Positions 56,753-64,000 of a stretch of DNA of 64,000 bases are shown one piece after another. The stretch lies in IMG/VR virus record IMGVR_UViG_3300021255_001366, positions 1-64,000 of that record; one strand, given 5' to 3'. This DNA comes from a virus. Taxonomy: Duplodnaviria > Caudoviricetes. Below the pieces are notes generated by a model. It was not told the DNA's origin. It was given only the letters and a program-made list of their open reading frames with translations, and did not search any database. The position numbers and the translations under genes were made by a program. Position 1 is the stretch's first letter. Each line of letters begins with the position of its first letter.

Positions 56753-57262
56753 ATGATGGAAGATAACGCAATAGTAGTATACTGCGATATGTGTAGGAAA
56801 AAAGAAACTAGTAACAATTTACACATTAAACGTATTGTCGCATTCAGAGAATACGACGATTTTAATGGCACATGTCCACGATGTGGTAATCAAAACTGTA
56901 AAATACTTCACTTGACACAGAGCGAGATTTCACCAATTTATGTTCATGCTGAGTGTGCGGGGCAAGACGAAGAGTATTTGATTAACAAAGTTTTCGAATT
57001 CGATGAACTCAAAAGAAATAATCCTGAGGAATTCGATAAGCTATGGCAACCATTAGAAGAATTTAGAATCAAAGAACTAGAACGCAGAAAAAATTCAAGA
57101 AGTAAAAATGATTCTAATTCGCCCAAATGCCCCACATGTGGAAGTACCAACGTCAAAAAAATCTCCGGAGGTAAGCGTTGGCTTGGAGTTGGATTATTTG
57201 GTCTTGCATCATCTAATATTGGCAAAACATATGAGTGTAAGAATTGCCAATACAAGTGGTAA
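56753..57262 (+). CDS. Double Zn-ribbon protein encoded antisense inside intron 2
   Basis: CDMC/CPRC and CPTC/CKNC pairs; Gly-rich hydrophobic segment; no HNH, GIY-YIG or LAGLIDADG motif. Confidence 0.82.
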   Translation: MMEDNAIVVYCDMCRKKETSNNLHIKRIVAFREYDDFNGTCPRCGNQNCKILHLTQSEISPIYVHAECAGQDEEYLINKVFEFDELKRNNPEEFDKLWQPLEEFRIKELERRKNSRSKNDSNSPKCPTCGSTNVKKISGGKRWLGVGLFGLASSNIGKTYECKNCQYKW

Positions 57263-57330
57263 TACTTGACATCCACATCAGAAAGTACTACGATACAGAT
57301 GCCATACAATACGCCAAATCGCGTATTTGA

Positions 57331-57356
57331 GGAGGCGGGAGACCGTCTCCTTTTTT
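57331..57356 (+). terminator. Rho-independent terminator of the cargo gene
   Basis: GGAGGCGG-GAGA-CCGTCTCC-TTTTTT. Confidence 0.85.
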
Positions 57357-57787
57357 GACTTTTTATAGGATTCTCAGTCCTATTGTTTCGACTCTACCTT
57401 CATGCCTTTCGACACGCCCACTTGGGAGCCTGTGGGGGCGATTCTTGATAACTTGCCAAATCTGTCTTACTAACATCGAATTTTGATATTAATGTGTCAG
57501 ATTTGTCTAGTTATTAGACCATCTCCCTGCTGATTGAGTTATTGGGTAGTTTGCTTGCGCAAGTGAGAACCAATAACCTTTCCAGTCCTTGTAGGAGTCT
57601 CACGAACATCCTAGGGTCGGTAGTCACACCGATCCATATCAGTGGTACGAGAGGGACGAATGAAATATGTCCCATAAAAGTCTCGTTTGATTTTACTTGT
57701 ACACCCTACACCTTGCGGTGGTCTTTGTGTTTTACCTACGGTTGGTTAGCCGTAGCACGGGCGTGTACCTGAGCCTATTTGGATATA

Positions 57788-58358
57788 ACCCAGCTTTGAA
57801 AATTTGTTTGATAATACAAAAGTTCCGATTCCGGCAATTAGTGTTTTTAATGTGCCGAAAGAAGATATAAGGTCATTAACAATGCCTAAGATATTATTGC
57901 CAGTATCTATGAGTCCTTTTAAAAATCCAGAGTCTAATACTCCGGTAGCAAGTTCCTCTAGCGAAGCTTTGAGTCTATTTGTTGAATATTCAAGACCTTG
58001 TTCGAAATTGGCTTGTTCGCGCATTGCACTACCAGCAGAATTCTCTGCGGTGTTATATGCAGCTTCAAGAGTCTCGATATTATCAAGCACGGCGTAAAGA
58101 GCGTTTGCATTTCTTTTACCAGCTAATGCTTCTCCAAGAGATGCACGTTCAATGTCATCAAGATTCTTCCATTCTTTACCAATACCTATAAGGATATCAT
58201 AGATTGACTTAAATGTTTTCTGATCCGCTTCTAATATATCGAACCCGGTTAAACTCTTAACCAATCCCTGAAGTTTAGAAGTTGTTTCTGTAAACTCGTC
58301 AGTCTCTTCTCCGAGGTCTTCTAATTCTGTTGATGCACCACGTATGCGAGCACTTAAT
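57788..58358 (-). CDS. Tape measure protein, exon 2
   Basis: LSARIRGAS..TSKLQ..LAGKR core TMP motifs; in frame with both neighbours after splicing. Confidence 0.9.
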
Positions 58359-58965
58359 CGTTTGTATTAACATTGTTCGCAACACAATGCTTTTATTATA
58401 TTAATTATATGTGATTAATTAAAAAACGTTCCATATTGTCATACTCCCAATACGGAACGCAAAAAGGTATTCTTTCTCAGGAGTATGCTGAGTAGAATAC
58501 TCTTTGTCGTATTTTTTCATAATAATATAATAAAACTCATAGTTTCCCATGAGACTAGACTATTTCTTCATCCTCTCTACAAAATAGAGTAGGAGTATAC
58601 CTTTTCGATTTAAGGGGATTTCACCCACGCCATTTGCGATTGCGCCCTACGATTATTGTTATGGATATTCAGGATTTCCACCCTTATTCTCTTGTCCATA
58701 ACTCGACGTGAATCTAGTCGTTGAACCTTTACCCTCGACTCAAGCACCGGATGGTCTCCGGAATACGTTAGGGTACTTGGCTGCAAGAACTACCATTTGC
58801 CTTCGCCAGTACTTAGGTTTTTGACCATATACCATCCTTACGTTGTTTCTACTTTCGTACCATCATAGCGTGATTTCTCCGCTATTGTGGTGTAAGGCTT
58901 TAGGTTTTACCTGCAATTAAATATATTCCATATGCACATTACTGTACATAAAGACATAAAAGTTT
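58359..58965 (-). mobile_element. Group I intron 1 (607 nt, IA-like, ORF-less)
   Basis: P AAUUGCAGG, Q CUUGCAGC, R GUUCAACGACUA, S AAGAAAUAGUCU, P9 GAAA hairpin; removal restores GTVFKT-LSARIRG. Confidence 0.92.
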
Positions 58966-61900
58966 GTCTTGAAAACAGTTCCTACTTGTTCAGGATTTTG
59001 TACAACAGTGTTGGCGGCTGTGACGAGCGCTACAGATTCCTCAAGTGAAGTGTTTGCAGCATTTAAAGAAGCAGCTGAACGCTGTAATGCCTCACCAATT
59101 CCAGCACTATCAATTGCATAATTATTCGCAACTTCATTGAATACGTCTACAATATGCTCTGCTTGATCTGCTTGCATTTGATAACCTTGAAGCGTTGAAA
59201 TCAAACTTTCGTTTGCAGTTCCAATATCAATACCGTCTCCAACATTTTTATACAAAAGTGCAACACGAGCCAGCTCTTTAGCATCAGGAACAGAATACCC
59301 AAGTCTAGACCAATCTGCTGTTGCGCTTATTGTGTCAGAAATAGTAGCACCAAGATCCTTTGCGGTATTTGCATAAGCTTCAAAATCATTTTGTATTTGA
59401 CTAAGAGTTTGCCCTGATACCTTGGATAATTCGACCATCTGTTTGTTGATATCTGCAACATATGTATACCCTTGGCGTACAACTCTAATAACATCATAAA
59501 AACTATTAAATGTAGTAAGAGTCGCAATCATGGACTTTGCACGTTGCTTAATCATGTTGAATACAGACGATCCAGTCTGACCAGCTTTATATGCATTTGA
59601 CTGGATAGTTTGAATCTGGAGGATAATCCCATCCAATTCCTCTCTTGTTAAAGTCGCACTACTACGCAGCTTCTCAGAGATTTCGTCAAACTGAGTTCCA
59701 TATGTACTTTCTGCGGCTGAGTTTTGTCTACGCCATTTTTGAAGATCCTTTTCTATACGAAGCTGTTCCTTGTAGCGTTTATCTTCAGCAGCTTCTAGTT
59801 TTTTCTGGTCATTAACGTTCTTTTGATTGTTTTTAGCGACAATTTTGCCCAGCTCATTTTGTGCACGTTCATTTTCTTTTATTACATCAGTAGACTTTTC
59901 ATACTCGACATTAAGCTGACGCATAGATTGTAATTGTTCTTCGTACATTTTTGCACGACTAACAGCATCTCGTTCTAATTCTTGTTCTCCAGATAACTGA
60001 TACTTCTTCACTTCAATCATTGCGTTATTGTATTGCTTTAAAGTATCAACATATTTTTTCAATGCTTGCTTGTCTTGTTTTTCTGAAGAATCAGATTGCG
60101 CCAATCCACCATTTGATTTATCAAGCTTACGTGCCTCAATAACGGCTATTTCTTGCAAATTCTTTTTGCGCATCTCTAATAATGTATTAACTTGCGCCTC
60201 TGCGTTTGCATTTTCATCTATAGCCTTGAGTTCTTTTGTTTTTTCTTGATATACAGCTAAAGCAGTTTTCTTTTGTGCTTCTAGTTCTGTTATTTCAGCA
60301 GTATTTTTTACAGGATCTAGTTTCGCAATTTGCTTTCGAATATTAAGAACATCTTGGTATGCCGTCTTTTGCTCAGATAACAGATTATTAACATTAGATA
60401 CTTGAAGACCTTCCTCTGCTTTCTTCTTTGCTTCAGAATTCTGCCTCATTTGCTTATACAGATTCTGACGTTCTTTCTCAATTCTTAATTTTTCTCTTTC
60501 AGCCGCAAGGTCGGTTGATTTATAATCATCAGATTCAGCTACGCTTGTGTAGGCAACCCCGCCCTTTTTATCATATTTGATATTTAATCGTTGTGTTTGT
60601 TTTACTAATTTTCCACTCGAATCTTCAACCATGCGCTCTGCTTTAATTAACGCTTGAGCTAAATCATCGTGAGAATCATAGAATCTTTCAATACTAGCAA
60701 TATATCCATCAACTTCATATGAACTTATTTCTGCTATAATAGCATTTTCTATTTCTCTTGTTCGTATTTTGGCTTGTTCCGGATCATACTTGTCATCATA
60801 CGGGACTTTAGTTTTGCTTTGTTTTTTCTTTGCTGATTCAACCTTAGAAGATTGCATATCAGAAACAATGTTGTTCAATGGAGTTTTAAGGTCTTTGTAC
60901 CAATTTCCATATTCTCCATTATTCAACTTTGTTGCTTCTTCTTGTACTTCTTTAGCAGTAAGAGTTCCAGCGTTTACCAGTTCACGAACGGCATCCTCAA
61001 CTTCACCTTTATGCTTTTTAATACCTTTCGCATAACCCTCGCCCCACATTTCTCCAAGCGCCTCGGCTACCCTAGAAGGAGAGCGTGAGTCTTGTGCTTC
61101 GGCAGTACCTTCGTTTGCTGCATTAGCTAAATCAGCACCAGCTTGTTTGGCATTTGGTTGTTCGGATTCCATTCCTTCGACATATGATTTTCCTTGCTTT
61201 TTACCGTTAGATGAATCTGGAGTTTCATTGGATATTTGAGGAAGGTCAGGAAGTTCAACTTTATATTTATTAAATAATTCCTTTATATAACTTTCAACTG
61301 TATCCTGTATGTTGTTAAAAGCTTTAACAAAATCATCATCATCTAAACTACCTATTTCTCCTCTGACATTAGTCATTGCTTGCTTAATAAAGTCTTCTTC
61401 AGAGATTTGTTTATCCAAAGCTTCGCGAATAGTATAATCCATTGCTTCAGCAACAGCATCATAATACTTTCCTGTTATTTCAAAATACTGGCGTTCTGCA
61501 TCTGATGACATAGAAAACGGTGAAAAATTTGAACTGTCTACTTCAGAACCAATAAGTTTAGAGTAAGAATCGGCAAGAAATGTTGAAAGATAGTGTGCGG
61601 ATTGACTTTTCATCATCATTGAATTATGATTTAAGCCATAACTACCAGTTGACCTTATCATAAACTTCTCGAACTTTAAAACAGAAGAAACTTGTTCATA
61701 AGTAGAATCAATATGTTCTTTTAAAAACAATAATATTTTTTTAAACTCTTCAATTTTATTATTGATTGCTTCATCATTATTAACATTTAATTCTCTAAAT
61801 TTACCAAAATCATTCAGTATTTTAATAAGATTATCAATATTATTTTGCTCATTTTTAAGAGTATCAATTATATTAGTGTCAACTTTACCACCTTTAGACG

Positions 61901-64000
61901 TAACAATTGATTGAACCAAGCCATTTGAAAGACTATTATATAAATCAGATAATGGAATAGGAATTTCTCCATTTTCATTTTCTAATTCGAGACCAGCAAT
62001 ATGCGAAATATTTACAAGGGACTTTACTACACTAGCAATAAGACTGTTTTTTACATTAGACAAATCTATATTCAAAGTTTTGCCTTGCCACATTAGTTCG
62101 AACTGCTTACCTATTCCTTGAGACAAAAATTTATCAAACCACGTTAAATAATCATCTTCTGATAAAGTACCACCTAAAGGTGAAATAGAAGAGTGCTTAT
62201 GAAATATTTTTGCGGCATTAGTTGTATTCATTTCATCAGGTAAATTCATCCTATCTAATTTACCTATAAATGAATCTATGACTTTTCCAGTTTCATCAAA
62301 AATAGCAAAACGTTCTTCTAATGAATTATCATTTTTAACTTTCTTTATAAATTCTTCATAAGATAAGCCTATATCAGAAATAACTCTTTTAGTTCCTTGA
62401 CCTAACTCTTCATATTTATCTTGAGTTTCTTTTATTTCTGATTGTAAACGGTCTTGTTGTTCTTCGATTCCCGATGAAAGATTATTTTTATTACTAAACG
62501 GTTGTTCAACTTCCTTTAAATTTGCCTTATAATTCTCAAGCGTTTCCTTGAATAAAGCCGTAGCCTTTTGTACTCCAAGACGTTTCTTCTCAACGCCTTC
62601 CATAACGTTGTCAAAAATCTTTTGGAGTTCGCCGTCGGAAACTTCTCCGAAATCAATAAGCCCCTTATCTTTTTCCACCTTAATGGCATCAAGGATTTTC
62701 TCTCGTTTTGATTTAACATTTTGATTATTGGCTTGAGCAGAGGTATTCTCGTTTACTTTTTTTGTTTCTTCTTCGACCTTTGCTATATCTTCTTGCTTAA
62801 CAACTGGGGTGTTTGCGTTGTCTTGTTTAGCTTTCTTGTTTGCATCAACAGCAGAAGTAAGCCGCTCATACTCGGCTTGTAAACGTTGTTGTAATTTTGT
62901 ATTATCTGTTAAATCAGTTATAGACCGAGAACCACCCTGTTCTTTATATTCACTATATTGCTTAATTATATTAGCAAGGTTGCCCTTACCTTTGCTCGTA
63001 CGTTGATCAAAACTATTCTTGTCAACAAACGAAAGCATTTTATTAAAAGATTTTTCTAAATCTTTTGTATTCTCTTGTATGCCGTCGGTAACACCTTCCG
63101 AAATACTCTTGCCAACATCTTTTGACGCTTCCTTAATTGGTTCACTTGCTTGTTTTACTATATCACCCATAGAAACAACACCATTTTGAAGCTCTTGTTT
63201 TGCTTCTTCCATGGATTGTTTTACGGCTGGAGCAATACGCTCAAACTCCTCATTAATTTTCTTTATAATGACCTTTTTCCATCCAGGACTCTCGTTAGAC
63301 GCATTAGTCTGATCAAAGATAGTCTTAAGAATACTTGTTTCTCCAGTATTCATATATGCTTTGCTTAATTCTAAAATATTGTTCGCAAATCTAGCAGACG
63401 ATTCATTAATAATCGAACCATCTTTTTTTGTCTTAATCTTCGATTTATCAACAAGTGATCCTGTAATATTTTTTAAAAAATTTTTTTCGCTTGCATCAAC
63501 TTTTTCAGGGATAAAGTTAAAGTATTGTTCTGCTTTTTTTAACTCTGCATTAAGTTCAGCGACATGATCTTTTTGTTTTCTCGTTTTAGACGCTATTTGT
63601 TCTGCTGGTTTAGATGCGTCTTTAGCACCTTGTATTAAGTTTTTATAGGCATCATATTCGCTTTTAATCTCATCTGCGTTTTTACTAGATTGAATAAAAT
63701 TCTTCTTTTGTTCGTTGTATATTAATCCGTTTGCATTTAATGTTTCTTCTAATTCTTTCTTACGAATCTCAGATTCTTCTTTTAAAACCTTAACGGTTTC
63801 ATCATTGCTTTTAATATACTCTTTTTGATATTTTGAGATTAATTTAATGGTTTCAAGATATTCGTTTTTAAGTTTTTGAATAGCAGTAATATTATTATTT
63901 ACTTCTTGTGTATTATCTTCTAATGCAACAGTATCATTTTTAATATCACTCTGTGCGTTATTACTTTCAGAAGAAATAGAAGTAGTTGTTTTCGGTTTAT
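58966..64000 (-). CDS. Tape measure protein, exon 1 (5' end outside the window)
   Basis: Frame read codon by codon from 63353 to 64000 with no stop; TP901-type core ATADWSRLGY..DVFNEVANNYA. Confidence 0.9.

Larger units (their letters stand above)
56696..57787 (-). mobile_element. Group I intron 2 (1,092 nt) with antisense cargo gene
   Basis: P1 CUGGGU/GCUCAG with U-G; P10 UCCAAAUAG/CUGUUUGGA; P3 CCUAC/GUGGG; AAUCAGCAG; P7 C(A)GGCUC/GAGUCG; omega-G 56696. Confidence 0.88.
1..64000. mobile_element. Segment of a large temperate SPbeta-like siphovirus genome, non-integrated form
   Basis: Replication arm (+) and tail/lysis arm (-) converge at 35.0 kb; xis-attP-int arrangement intact; no host housekeeping context. 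Confidence 0.93.

Noticed and set aside
56753-57262. Homing endonuclease in intron 2
   Set aside because: No HNH, GIY-YIG or LAGLIDADG motif seen, and the gene is antisense; remote homology is not excluded

Overview
64 kb of a large temperate siphovirus of the SPbeta-like type, probably infecting an anaerobic Bacillota (Clostridia) host. It is in its excised form: an intact attP (3' half of a tRNA-Trp) lies between xis and int. Left arm (+ strand, 1-35 kb): many small early ORFs with recurrent junction motifs, an RNA ligase, a DGQHR-type plus integrase-fold repressor pair, a tRNA/ncRNA cluster, replication genes (Sak4-like ATPase, SSB, DnaB, DnaG, DnaE, Cas4-like nuclease) and nucleotide metabolism genes (ThyX, dNMP kinase, nucleotidase, NrdD, dUTPase), and two cytosine MTase-like genes, one broken by an amber codon. 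Right arm (- strand, 35-64 kb): tail, fibre and lysis genes plus a tape measure gene of at least 4,000 codons split by two group I introns whose splice sites I could place by base pairing. Main novelty: intron 2 has no homing endonuclease but carries a complete antisense transcription unit (sigma-A promoter, RBS, Zn-ribbon gene, terminator). Other candidates: a C-G 5' splice pair in intron 1, covarying tRNA-scaffold RNAs lacking a normal anticodon arm, inverted repeats bracketing three variable fibre C-termini, fibre proteins with chained terminal motifs, and a glycosyltransferase and a dockerin in the tail module. All calls come from reading motifs by eye; no searches were run.
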